Shown here: positions 12,301-24,329 of the stretch, piece after piece
Numbering within the stretch: the stretch's first letter is position 1
Layout of the letters: every line of letters begins with the position of its first letter
Assembly: GCA_043228905.1 (NCBI GenBank)
Contig: JBHGNT010000004.1
Coordinates: forward strand, 9,548,001-9,612,000
Length of the DNA: 64,000 nucleotides
Source of the DNA: Azolla caroliniana
Taxonomy: Eukaryota; Plantae; Polypodiophyta
Reading direction: 5' to 3'
Translations under genes and position numbers: made by a program
The notes under the pieces: generated by a model
Told to the model about the DNA's origin: nothing
The model's database searches: none
What the model saw: only the letters and a program-made list of their open reading frames with translations

Positions 12301-14860
12301 AGTGAACGTGTGTCCTATGCTGGCTGGATCTTGTAAACATGGGTCTGACGCGACCCCCTTTATCCGTAACTCGCTGCCCTTCGGCAAGGGTGCCGCGACT
12401 GGCCTCACCTTCCGGTCCACAGTCTTGTACTTCGTTTCCACTTGGGCTGTCCGATCTGACTCGAGTCCATTACCGAAGTCGGCGATGACTTCGTACATCT
12501 TTTTCAAGCTTACCGGAATCGTCCGGTCCTCATTAAGGCCTTCTCCGAACACCTCTCGTAACTTCCCTAAGGTGTTGTCGAAAGAGACCACCTCCACGGC
12601 TCCATTGATTTCCTCTTCAAGGCCGAGGACTCTACATGCCCGAAGTCGCTCCTCCGCCCACTTCTTTTCTCGGCCAACTACGCCCGCTATCGTACAACCT
12701 CCGCTATCGGAGAACCAAAATTTCCTACCTATGGTACAGGTCTTTTTGCCTATAGTACATCTGTGGGGTTTTTCCGGGGTGTTCAGACTATCGCGGCCCC
12801 ACGCCCTGATAGCCCTCTCTAAAAATCCCCTCGGGTTTTGCAACCGAGGGTCTCACGGTTACGCTCATGGTTTGGTCGCACCGTCAAGAATTGGACCGAG
12901 TGACGCCCATCCTGGCTCTTGACTCGTGCATATGTCGAACCATTGTTCAGCACCTTTGTCTCCACCCGTGCCGCCATGATGTACGGTTCCCCAAGTATAA
13001 CCGGATGCGAGGACGTCTCCTGTACGAAGAAGTGCTGATCGATCTCGACATCGCCGATTTTCACCTGTACATTCGGGCAAGCTCCATGCAGCTCTTCCGT
13101 GGCACCGTTGCTACCCGTATTTTCCACCCGTGCTTGGTGTTGATCGGCCACTTCCCGTTCTTGTAGAAGTCCATGGACATCAAGTTGATTTCTGAACCGT
13201 GGTCCACCAACGCCACCACTGGATCCTGAACATCTCTGATCTTAACGGGGGTCTTCGTGGTTGCTCTGGCCCAATGTGGCCTTGAATAGTGGCTCTCTAC
13301 CAACTCGTCTTCTAGAGCCATGTGTTCTAGGTGCGTCGTTTGCACCTCCATCGGCTTCTCCGGCTCCGGCTCTGGCTCTGTCGAAAGCCTTTTCCCATTC
13401 ACCAAGTCCACGATGGAGTCGTGGAACTCCTTCGCAATTCGGAGCACTTCCCTCAGTGACAGCTCCACTTTGTTGTCGAGGATACCCTCCTCGAGGACCT
13501 TACGCAGGTCCGTGGCCCTCTCGATCTCCGTGCTCAGTCAGTACCCGACCCTCTTGGCTTTATTGGGTGCGCTGGTTGCACCGGCATCATTCTGCTTTAG
13601 CCCAAACCGGGTCTCATACCATTGTGAGGGTCCGGCCCCTCTAGTCTTACCCACACGCTTGTCCTCCACCAGAACCTTGTACTTTTGGCAAGCGGCTTCA
13701 ACGAAGCCTGTCTTTTCTTCGACCGGGTCAATCCACCCGGTTGACTCTCGGACCCGTCTTTCGGCATGGTCCACTTCCTCTTTCCTCAGTCGTAGGCCGG
13801 CGAGGCCTTCTAGCATCAACGGCCAGAATCCGGCTTCCTTCGTCTTCCGGACTTAATCGCTTCTTCCATCAGCCGTTTCATACCTCCTCGTCCGACATTC
13901 AGATCCAGGGCCCTTCGGGTTTTGCTAGCGTGCACCCGATCGTTCCATAGGTACACCACGTTAGCCCTTATCGCTTCGGTGAAGTCCCTGTAGTCCTTTC
14001 GGGTGTGGCAGACCGCGTTGCATCACAAGCATCGGTTCCCAGCCGGAGGCCTTCGGTCACGGACTTGTTCGCCGCCGTCCCTCCGTGTTTGTGCAATCTG
14101 GAGGTCCCTCACCATATGAGTCAGCTCCTCAAGAGCCGCTCCTTCGGACGAGCCTTTGACCGTGCTGGTCGAAGTTGAGCCGGTCTCGAGCCAGTCTCAG
14201 GTCTCTTCCCTTCGCGCCGGTGGGGTTACCTCGACCTTCCTTGTCGCAACAGAACCCGCCCCCATCAAGCCTTTATCGACCCACTCACGCTGTTTGTCAA
14301 AACGGCCGCAGACTCTGTTTACCACAGCCCAATCGGTTGTTAGGCCGTCATCGGTCTCCAGCAGGAAGCCCACTTGCTCCCGGTCCCTTACATCCACCGA
14401 TTTAACGAATAATAGGACACGACTTGTGTCCAGTATGATCCGGTCCAGCGCCGAAAGACGCGCGAAGCGTTTTTCAAACTCCCGAAGGAGCACCGACGCG
14501 TTTCTCCCCTTTTCGGGGGTCTCCACCCATTCCATGAAGTCCCGCTTCGATAGTCGAAGCGCGTCATCAAGCCCATATTTTTCAAGGAGCCGACCTTCAA
14601 ACTCTTCCCAGGTCCGACTCTCGGCCTGTACCTCAAGCACCTCCATGTGGATGCCCGACATCGCGACCCGAGGGAATCCGGCCAATCGCCTGTCCTCCGG
14701 GATGTTCCTCATCACCATTTCAGCTCGGTAAGCCTCCAAATAGCTCGTGGCATCCTTCCCACCGAACCGGCCTATCGTGCCAATGACTGCTTCAATAGCC
14801 CTATCGAGGGCGCATGTGTCTTCGCGCACACTCACTATCCGATCCACAGCCAAAGCCATG
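9346..14860 (-). pseudogene. gag-pro and pol of the Trp-primed Gypsy, disrupted
   Basis: ORF track 14197-14913 (gag), 13061-13468 and 12819-13151 (PR), 11716-12843 and 11339-11767 (RT), 10403-11074 (RNase H), 9713-10381 (integrase). Confidence 0.9.
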
Positions 14861-14908
14861 GCTTCTGCAAGATCCGACCCTCTCATCTTTCTATTCCTCT
14901 GCCGCCTG

Positions 14909-14926
14909 TTCACGTCGGGTTCACAA
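14909..14926 (-). promoter_or_regulatory. Primer-binding site complementary to the 3' end of tRNA-Trp
   Basis: Plus strand TTCACGTCGGGTTCAC matches the plant tRNA-Trp 3' end (...TTCACGTCGGGTTCACCA); lies next to the 5' LTR. Confidence 0.8.
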
Positions 14927-14930
14927 AATA

Positions 14931-15592
14931 TGTCGCGTTGTTACGCGCGTGCGTGGTGAACGAGGCGGGACCACATGGGCCTTGGACCGAGAAATAACCG
15001 AACGAGAAGAGGGGAAGGAAACTACCAATATACTCCGCACGCACACAGACACACAGATTCACAGGAGTTGCAACTAACTCCGAACAATGGAGACAGAATG
15101 AATGTATGCGTATATATATATATATAAAGGGGTTACAACTGGCAAGCCGGAGAGTGATAGGCTCAGACGTCTGCACACACACATACACACACACATAATG
15201 CGAGATGGAGACTCTGCCGGAAGCACTCGAGCGGAGCAGAGTCAGCCTCCCGAAACCTGCACAGAACGACTATGGAGAAGAGCTCGGTTCCCGTCCGGCA
15301 ACGCTTCCTCCTCCCCAAAACGCGATACCCCCCGCCTTTTTACAATACCTCTTCCTCTTTTATAGCCCAAGGAGGGAGGTCGTTACCACCCGTTACATCA
15401 TGTTTATTCCCTGTCCTTTCGAATAGGGATACGCCTCGATTTTCTCCCTAATGAATGCGTGCTACCTAGGATTTCACCTCAGTCGACTTGTACCTATCTA
15501 TGTACTATACAACAAAACTTGTGCCCACGTGTAAGGGCCGGTTTACGCACGTTATACCCGGTTTCTGCCTAGGGACGGTTTTCTCCACGACA
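14931..15592 (-). repeat. 5' LTR of the Trp-primed Gypsy
   Basis: TGTCGCG...CACGACA; adjacent to the PBS. Confidence 0.9.
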
Positions 15593-15619
15593 ACGGGAAA
15601 CGTCCAGTTGCAGGGATCC

Positions 15620-16650
15620 TACTACAACCGGATGATGTCGTTTTCCGGATATTTGGGTCCGTTGCCTCGCTAGAATGGTGTGCGATTACTCATAGGACAA
15701 TGGAGAAGGAGATGACTCGAGGCCCCACAATATAGGCACAATCCATTAGTCCGCTGAAATTGTCGTTCGACATCAGTCAATGGCCAAAAGTGACCTTGAT
15801 CAATTTCCATTGGGACTGGAGCATCTGCCAAAGTAGGGGAGCGTGACGCCACCGGTGGGAGGGATACTTGGGGTTGTACGACTAGGGCGTGTCATGGAAG
15901 TGAATGAGTCGAACCCCAAGTCTGGTCCTCTTCTTGGTAAAATTCAAAAAGGCGAGTGTCACAATGGATTTCTTGTGAAATCGCTTGGGATAACGAGGTG
16001 GGCTTTGGAAAGTTCAAGAGAAGATTCTTGACATTGCTCCGAAGGCCCCGCCGAAAGTGATCAGTTAAAGCTTGATCATCCCAGTTGACATCACATGCTA
16101 GTTGTCGAAATTTCGAAGCATAGACAGAGGTTGCACGCGAACCTTGTACGAATGCATAAATCTTGGTGAGTGTTGTACGTCGTCGGTCCGTCTTTCCAAA
16201 TATGGCCTCTAACTCAGCGAGGAAGGCGGGAATGTCCTCCAATAGAGGTGACGAAGTTTCCACTAAAGGTGCAAACCAAGCTTGGGCCAAACCGGAGAGG
16301 AGGGTGCCCACAAGTCCAACTTGTCGAAGACCATGTGCATAATGTTGAGTTTGTAGCTGAATGATTAGGAAAATTTGGTTGATGAACCCCTGGAAACGTG
16401 ACCTCGTTCCATCAAATTTTTCTAGGAGGCTAACCTTAGGCTCAAGAAAATGAGAAGAAGCTAGATCAGATGTTGGTAGAAGACTGGGCTCCATGCCAGG
16501 GTGTGGTGGGACATTAGGCTCTATGGGATGTGAGGATAGGGAGGCACCGACTTGAAGTTCTCGTAACGAATTTCGAAGGGCTTCATTTTCAAGCTGGAGT
16601 TGTTGTAAGGCTGTCATTATCTGGCTTAAGTCACAGGCTGGGTTGGACAT
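15620..16650 (-). pseudogene. Chromovirus gag with CCHC knuckle
   Basis: EKFDGTRSRFQGF..LLSGLAQAW..YASKFRQLA..FRRGL; PVPMEID..GLCLYCGASSHLLLHCP. Confidence 0.88.
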
Positions 16651-16700
16651 GGTTACAGCTAATGAGAAGGAGAGCAACGAGGATGGGAAGGTGAACAAAT

Positions 16701-17020
16701 TGTCATGAGTAGAAGATATACACAAGAGAGTAGAAGATAATCAAAGGGATGAGTTGATTAATTGAAAGACTTCGTAACTGGTGTTGTTCACCTTGATTGT
16801 AATCTAGGTGAACACACATATTTATACAAGTTCTGAGGTTGAATATCTCTCAAATATACCTAAGAAATATCTCTAGAATATACTCGTCTAGAATATACCA
16901 TAGAACATTTCTAGAATATACTCAACACTAGAATATTCTATATGCTAGACTATACAACATTAACCATATACTTTATATATAACTTAAGGGTTTCCAAATG
17001 GTTTATCTAATACTAAGTAT
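16701..17020 (-). repeat. Chromovirus 5' LTR, missing its outer ~35 bp
   Basis: Matches 4790-5134, then switches abruptly to an unrelated LTR at 17021. Confidence 0.88.
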
Positions 17021-17453
17021 TGAAGAGAAATGCACAGAATATCGCTCGGCCACAACCGAGTAGTAAATCACTTCTATAAGAATCAAACACAGAAATGGGA
17101 AGTGGAGAGTACACAAGAAAATGACATAGGATGTTTATGTGGAAAACCCTAATAGGGAAAAACCACGGGAGCCCACAGACTACGAACTATCACTATGAAG
17201 AGAAGGGTTACAATCAGAGACTTGGAGACAATGACCTCGAGCTCTGTTTCTTCGCACAGTGGAGGTTACAACAAAGTATCGCTCTGTATCTCTCTCTCTC
17301 TCTCTCTCTCTCTCTGTACAACAGTTACAACAATATGACAACACCACAATCACACAACAAAGTGATTGCCCTAAGTCTTATTTATAGCTATATGAATTTA
17401 GGGCTATTTACAAATATAGCCTGAATGGGCTTATTCAAGACATATTACTAACA
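17021..17453 (-). mobile_element. Solo-like Copia-type LTR without a matching TSD
   Basis: TG...CA termini (TGAAGAG...CTAACA); GTGGAAAACCC..AAAAACCACGGG motif typical of plant Copia LTRs; minus-strand TATA; flanks AGTAT vs ATGTC. Confidence 0.65.
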
Positions 17454-17868
17454 ATGTCGGTTAGTAACTGGTTAAGACCCATTTGATACCACGATCCATC
17501 CATATCTCACCGTATCACCCTTTGGTGAAGTGTTCCATAGGGACACCCTGTGTTAGGACTTGTCCAGCCTAAAAGATAATAGGTAACACATGGCACACAT
17601 GTGGGACAGTGCATTGCATAGTGAACCCACTCTTCATGGCAACTCTGCTTGACCGGAACTCCATCGGTCGTCTCAATGGTCAGAAATCTCTCGACCGGAT
17701 CACTGCTCTACGATCGATAACTTCGATCGGAGCTTTGCTTGACTCGAACCTTCTCATTCGGTCAGCACAAGTCACAATTGGATCATACACCAATCGGCTA
17801 GTTCACTATGGCATCGGTCGTGAAATCGTGTTGTGCATTTGTGTATTCTTTCTTTCATCATGTGGAGT

Positions 17869-18105
17869 GAGTTTTATATTTTTCACTCTTTGGTCTTTCA
17901 AATTTTTCCCTCAAGTTTTTATTGTTTATTTTATGCCCTTGAAGTTTCAAAATTTTCCCTTCTACCCTCCAGTTTTTGAAATTTGGTCTCATGCCCTCCA
18001 GCTTTTGAAATTCCGTCATCTGCCCTCAATCTTCTGAAATTCGGTTTTGATGCCCTCCAATTTTTGACATTTTGCGATCTACCCTCGGGCGTTTTGAATG
18101 CCCCT
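17869..18105. repeat. MULE-TIR-like degenerate ~28-bp subrepeats
   Basis: Recurrent (t/a)(g/a)ccctc..ttttgaaatt units resembling Mutator TIR subrepeats; no partner TIR or TSD confirmed. Confidence 0.4.
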
Positions 18106-18600
18106 GTCTTCTTGCTTCCATTTATATTCTCGCCTTTCACTTCTAGCGGATTGCGGCGGCGGCAGCAACATTGATTGTGGCGCTGATCTCAAGGACCAGT
18201 TTGCTGAAGATGTTGTAATTGTCTCTTCCATTGATGCTAGGAGTAGAGCTCCCGAGAATGGATGCAATTATTGCTGGAGCTAATTGTAGTGGTGATGATG
18301 GAGTTGTTGCTCATGATTGCTCTGCTAATATCCGTTGATGAGCATAATGTGCTCTTCTTTCTGTATTGAGGTGTAGATGCCTCATATGATTTAGTATGAC
18401 GGCTTGGTTTTGATGATGATGAACACCAACACTATTAGGATAGCCATGAAATGGCACAGAACAGGTGGCCATATATGTGTGAACTTCCTTTGCTACCATT
18501 TCCTTCATTGCCGCCATTAAACCTTCATTCAGACTATATCCATTGCAATTAGATGCACAAAGAAGACCGTCATCATCGTTGTTCTTCTAATTTTCATCAT

Positions 18601-19020
18601 TGTTTAGTAAAAAGAACAACATTGGGTGCGTAATACGGTGCATAACCCAGTGCGTAGACTGGGTGCATGAAACATTATGCATAACGTAGCCGTAGCGGTG
18701 CGTAAACCGCGAGGCCGTTAGTATGGTATTCCTCGTAAGGAATAATTTTGGGAGTTAGTGTAGTAAGCTCATTTATGAGCAGTCAAGTACTGTCAGTACT
18801 TGTGTCAGCCCAATTGTCAGGGCTTGTATAAAAGGTGCTCACTAAGCATGATCTATATACAGAGCGCCATTATTTTTGAAATAGAACTAAGTTGTCTGCT
18901 CTCTATCTATCTCTCCATCTCCATCTCCATCTTTGTGTTTCCTGAGTTTACCAAACTGTCTTATTTTCGAACTGTGTACTCTGTGTTTATGCACACGCTT
19001 CCGCACACATATTCTTTACA
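18601..19020 (+). repeat. Copia 5' LTR
   Basis: TG...CA; direct repeat of 23910-24329. Confidence 0.95.
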
Positions 19021-19132
19021 TGGTATCAGAGCGCGAGGGTTGAAGTCCTCTGCAGCCGACAAGAAAAGCTTGCGACAAAACAAAGTTGAAGTTGTTCATC
19101 ATTTTTTTTCGAAAAAGAAACAAGACAGCAAT

Positions 19133-22100
19133 ATGGACAAAGGTATGGGAAGCTCGCTACCGACTGAAAAGCTCGATAGGAGCAACTACACATCTTGGTC
19201 GTAGAAGATGCACCAATACCTGCTCGGTCATGACTACTGGAGTTATGTCGAAGGAGCTAATGATGTAGCACCCGATTCGACACACAGAGATTTCTCGGCT
19301 TGGGAACAAGCGGCAAGCAGAGTTCTCTACTACTTTGCATCCTATGTGATAGACCAACTATTGAGCCATATTTGGGATGCTAACACACCAAAGGACGCAT
19401 GCGCAAATCTGAAAAAGCTTTTCGCCGCAAGCACAACGGCCAGGAAGCTGCATCTTAGGCAGGAGCTCAGTAATGTTCGGCAGAAAGATTTGTCTGTGGC
19501 TGATTACACGGCCCGAATCAGGAAAATTTGTCACTCACTCGCCTCCGTCAATGTGAATGTCGAGGAGGACGAGATGGTGCAAGTGTGCGTTGGTGGGCTA
19601 GTGTCTAGGTTCGGAGCTTTCTGAACGACGGTCTGTACGAGGGACAATACGCCTTCATTCTTCGAGCTTTAGTCAATGTTGCTCGTGGAGGAAAATCACA
19701 TGGGTGCGTTGACGAATACGCATGCTGACGGGAAGATGCTGTACACGGAGGAAGATAGGCCCCGTGGTCATGGTGGACGAGGCGATCGGCGCGCAATGGA
19801 GGCGGCCGACAAGAGCAGAACAAGCAGCATAATCGAAATGTCGACAACAGTTCCGAACCCTTGACAAGCAGGGTGAGTCTTGGCGGCGCCGAAAGCTGGC
19901 AAGATAAGGCCGCGTCGGAATGCTGGTATTGTGACAAGAAAGGCCACAAGGAGAGCGAGTGCTGGAAAAAGAGAGCCGATTCAGAGAATGGTGGATCGAG
20001 CTGAAGAGACAGAGAGAGGCGTCAGAGATCGCACTACGCAGAAGGCTTTGAACGAGTCGGAAACAAATCGGGCAAGCCTTCGTAATGAAACATAAGGCCA
20101 ATTCTATGGCCTTAAACACCTCGAGATCGAGCGAGGTGTGGTATGTTGATTCCGGAGCGTCAAATCATATGATGAGTCACGAGGAATGGTTGTCGTACTT
20201 GGAGAAACCAGAATCGCAAGGAGTGGTCGAAACGGGCGACGACACTCCGCATACCATCGAACATGTCGGCGAAGTTCCCCTCAGCCATGTCGGGCAGAAA
20301 GAGAAGCTCATGAACGTGTTGCACGTCCCAACAATAACGAAGAACCTGGTGTCGGTCGGTCAGATCGTCGACCAGGGAATGCAGGTTCGATTCACGCATT
20401 TCCGCTACTTCATAGAAGAGCAAGGCAAAGTAATCGCACAAGGGCGCCGTGAAGGGAGGATGTTTATCCTCGAAACCAACAATGTGGGCACTGTTATGTA
20501 CGCGAAAGGACAAAAGGTCGAATCGGATATTGACCTGTGGCACAAGAGATTCGGCCACATAAATTTCCCACGGCTTCGTGAGATGCAGACGAAGAACATT
20601 GTTTTCGGCTTGCCAAAATTCCGGGGCCGTAATGGCCAAGTCTGCGAAGCTTGTCAGATGGGAAAAGAACACCGACTTCCATTCCCCAATGAGCGTAATC
20701 GTAGTCGAAGTTTGCTGGATTTGATCCATTCGGATGTGTGGGGACCGACACAGAACGTGAGTCTCGATGGAAACTGTTACTTTGTAACCTTCATCGACGA
20801 CTTCACTCAGCACACGTGGGTATGCACAATCGCGAAGAACAACGAAGTCTTCACATGTTTCCTAAAGGTGAAGAGCCTTGCGGAAAGGGAAACAGGGCGT
20901 AAGATCAAATGCCTACGGTCCGATGGCGGGAAGGAGTACTTCTCCGACCAGTTCACAAGTTATCTATAGGAGGAGGGAATTCGACGCGAATTCTCGTGTA
21001 GATACACGCCACAACAGAACGGCTTGGTCGAGTGGAAGAATCGTACAATCGAAGAAGTGGCCAGGGCAATGCTTGAAGAGAAGCATATGCCGAAATTCTA
21101 TTGGTCTGAACCTGTGAGACGACAGTCTACCTGCAGAATCTGACTTTTGCTAATGGAGAAGTGTCGCCACATAAGCTGTATTTCTGGAAGAAGCCGAACT
21201 TGGCAAACTTGAGGATTTTCGGTAGCATTTTATATGAGCATGTGCCGAAGGAAAAGAGGAGGAACCTGGATGCCAAAGCCGAAAAGTGCATCTTAGTCGG
21301 CTATCCAGACGAGCAGAAGGGGTATAAATGTTATAACCCCTAAACAAAGGAAGTACGCGTAAGTCAAGATATCGTGTTCGACGAATCCGCTTCGTGGTAC
21401 TTGCCTTCATCCCTAACTCCTCATAACTCCATTCCGAATTCTGAGGACGAAGTTAGCGAGGCCAAAATGCCCCCGCACGATGAAGAAGTCGGAGCTCTGA
21501 GAGAGTCCGATCTCATTTCGGCTAAGTGGACCGAAATGGCCAACCTATTGAAGAGACGGCGAGTAGTGGCGACTCAGGCGTGATGTCCCCACGTAAAGAA
21601 CCGAGGAGACGATTTACGCGCAAGGAGAAGGGCAAGAAGAAAATGTTGGAGTATGATTTCAACAACACCGAGTCAGTTTGGAGCGAATCTGACATCGAGT
21701 CGATCGTAAAGAAACCTCCGCGGAAGAGGTCAAAATCGGCCAAAAAGGTCGTGAAATCGGGTAATCACGAATTACGCCAATCTACCCGCCTGAAGAACCC
21801 CGTGAAGAGATACGGGTACAATGAATACATGGCGCATCACTATGTGTACATGACATGAGTGGCGGAAGTCCGTGAGCCGGAGAGCTACGTAGAAGCGGCG
21901 AAAGACGCAAATTGGCGTGCCGCAATGGAGGAGGAGATGCTCGCATAGGTAGAGAATGAAACCTGGGACCTGGTTGACGCACCGAAGGGTGTGAAGCTGA
22001 TCGGATGTAGGTGGGTGTACAAGGTCAAGTACAACACTAACGGCTCGGTCAACCGATACAAGTCCCAGTTAGTAGCGAAAGGCTACGCGCAACAACACGG

Positions 22101-23400
22101 CATCGACTACGATTAGACGTTTGCGCCGGTCGCAAAGATGACAACCGTCTGTGTTTTACTTACAGTAGTTATAGAGAAAGAGTGGCACTTACATCAGATG
22201 GATGTCAAGAATGGGTTCTTGCAAGGGGAGCTTGAGGAACAGGTGTACACGGTACAACCCCCGGATTTCACTCTAGACTGAACACTTCGACGGTCTGCCG
22301 GTTGAAGATGTCCCTTTACGGACTAAAGCAAGCCCCGCGTGCTTGGAACGCAAAAATCACACAACGATTGTGTCGGATGGGATTTGCGACGTCTAGATCA
22401 GACTCTTCACTATTCATTTGGAAAGGTCGACTCGGGCCGATTAGTATTTTACTTTATATTGCTGACCTGGTCATCACGGGCGCCTTCCTAGGTGAAATCA
22501 ACCGCGTAAAGCTCCAGCTCGCGGCATCATTTGACATGAAGGACCTAGGGAACTTTCACTACTTCCTCGGGATCGAAGTGATCCGTACCCCCGAAGGCAT
22601 ATTGATCATTAGCCAACGTCATTATGCATTGAATATGCTCTTCAAGTTTGGGATGGCAAATTGTAAGCCCATCTCGGCCCCTCTGGACAAAAACGTAAAG
22701 CTTCGCCGAGATTCACGAAAGCCGTGCGACCCTACACGGTTTCGACAAATTGTCAGAAGCCTCATCTACTTGACGATTACTCGACCGGATCTCAGCTACC
22801 TGGTCATCTTAATCAGTCAATTTATGTCGCAGACCACGGCCAAATACTTTCAGTGAGTGCAAAGGATATTGTGATATGTCAGCGGCACGAAATACATGGC
22901 GTTGTTGTATCAGGCAGGCGTAACTGAACAGTTGGTTGGCCACACGGATGCCGATTGGGCCGGAAACGCCAGTGATCGTAGATCCACATCCGGATATGCC
23001 TTCTCATTAGGAAGTGTGGCGATCGCGTGGAGCAGCAAAAAGCAGCCGATAGTGGCACTGTCGAGCACAGAGGTCGAATATCGAGGGGCGATTGTTGCTA
23101 CGTGCGAAGTCATCTAGTTGAAACGGCTATTACGGGATCTGCATGTAGAGGTGTCTGATCCGACGACGATCTATTACGACAACCTCAACAGTATCCACCT
23201 TGCGAAAAACCCCGTGTTCCACGCCCGGACCAAGCACATTGAGGTGCATTACCATTTTGTCCACCCTTTCAGGTGAAGTCTAACTAGCATATGTTCCGAC
23301 GGATCGGCAGGTTGGTCTCGACAAGTTTCGACATTTCTCAGGTGAGCTAGGGTTGTGTCACCTCGACACGCCAAACTTGAGGGGGCGAAAAGAAGAATAG
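19133..23400 (+). pseudogene. Copia gag-pol polyprotein with many stops and frameshifts
   Basis: gag (LPTEKLDRSNY), PR (WYVDSGASNHM), integrase (HSDVWGP, LRSDGGKEY), RT (SLYGLKQAPRAW), RNase H (DADWAG..STSGY). Confidence 0.93.
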
Positions 23401-23909
23401 GAACAAGAGCATGAAAGGATCAGAGGTATTCATTGCGACGAATGTGACCGTGACGCTGAATTGGATGGAGAATTCGATTTTGAACCAGCTGAAGAAGCCG
23501 AAGGAAGAATCAAGGGCCATAATCGTAGGAAAGAGTCGCAGACAGCCGAATTTGGGGGAGATAAGACCAAGACGAAGAGGTGGTCGAAAGTTGTCAAAGG
23601 CCTGAAGACTGAAGACGAATTGGAGACAACCAATTCGGATGAGAGGGGAATTGAATCGGAACTGTTCGATTCAATCAAAATGTTCGATTTGGATACGCCA
23701 AATCAACAGAAGGCCAAACGGAGAAAAGGGCAGTGAAGGAACTGCCAACACCGTGATAGCAAGGGAGCTGAGAAGGGCCGAACAAGCAGAAAACCCGACC
23801 GGAAGGGTCGAGGCGCGCGGATTCAAACAAGTCGAGGAGTGAAGAAAGAAGGAACTGGAGCATAGATCCGGAAGGGCAGACGGAACCTCAAGTTGAGCTG
23901 TAGAGGGAG

Positions 23910-24329
23910 TGTTGAGTGACAAGCTCAACATTCGGCGTGTAATACGGTGCGTAACCCAGTGCGTAGACTGGGTGCGTGAAATAGTACGCATAACGTAGCC
24001 GTAGCGGTTTGTAAACCGTGAGGCCGTTAGTATGGTATTGCTCGTAAGAAATAATTTTGGGAGTTATTGTAGTAGGCTCATTTATGAGCAGTCAAGTACT
24101 GTCAGTACTTGTGTCAGCCCAATTGTCAAGGCTTGTATAAAAGGTGCTCACTGAGCACGATGTATATACAAAGCATCATTATTTTTGAAATAGAACTAAG
24201 TTGTCTACTCTCTATCTGTCTCTCCATCTCCATCTCCATCTTTGTGTTTCCTGAGTTTACCGAACTGACTTATTTTCGAACTGTGTACTATGTGTTTACG
24301 CACACCCTTCCGCACACATATTCTTTACA
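23910..24329 (+). repeat. Copia 3' LTR
   Basis: TGTTGAG...TTTACA following the PPT. Confidence 0.95.

Larger units (their letters stand above)
8673..15592 (-). mobile_element. Full-length degenerate Ty3/Gypsy (non-chromovirus), tRNA-Trp PBS, 4-bp TSD ACGG
   Basis: LTRs 8673-9287 and 14931-15592; ACGG at 8669-8672 and 15593-15596; gag, PR (LVDHGSEIN), RT (FLDD), RNase H and integrase fragments. Confidence 0.93.
4790..17020 (-). mobile_element. Ty3/Gypsy chromovirus (Tcn1/Tf1-sushi-like), interrupted by a nested Gypsy at 8673-15592
   Basis: Matching LTRs 4790-5170 and 16701-17020; PPT complement TTATCCCCCCTCCT at 5171-5184; order gag-PR-RT(YLDD)-RNaseH-INT-chromodomain on the minus strand. 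Confidence 0.93.
18601..24329 (+). mobile_element. Full-length degenerate Ty1/Copia, TSD ATCAT
   Basis: 420-bp LTRs 18601-19020 and 23910-24329; PBS TGGTATCAGAGC at 19021-19032; PPT 23902-23909; ATCAT at 18596-18600 and 24330-24334. Confidence 0.96.

Noticed and set aside
9419-15426. Numerous antisense and overlapping ORFs in the GC-rich Gypsy
   Set aside because: Shadow ORFs of gag-pol with no motifs, and not evidently conserved in the sister element
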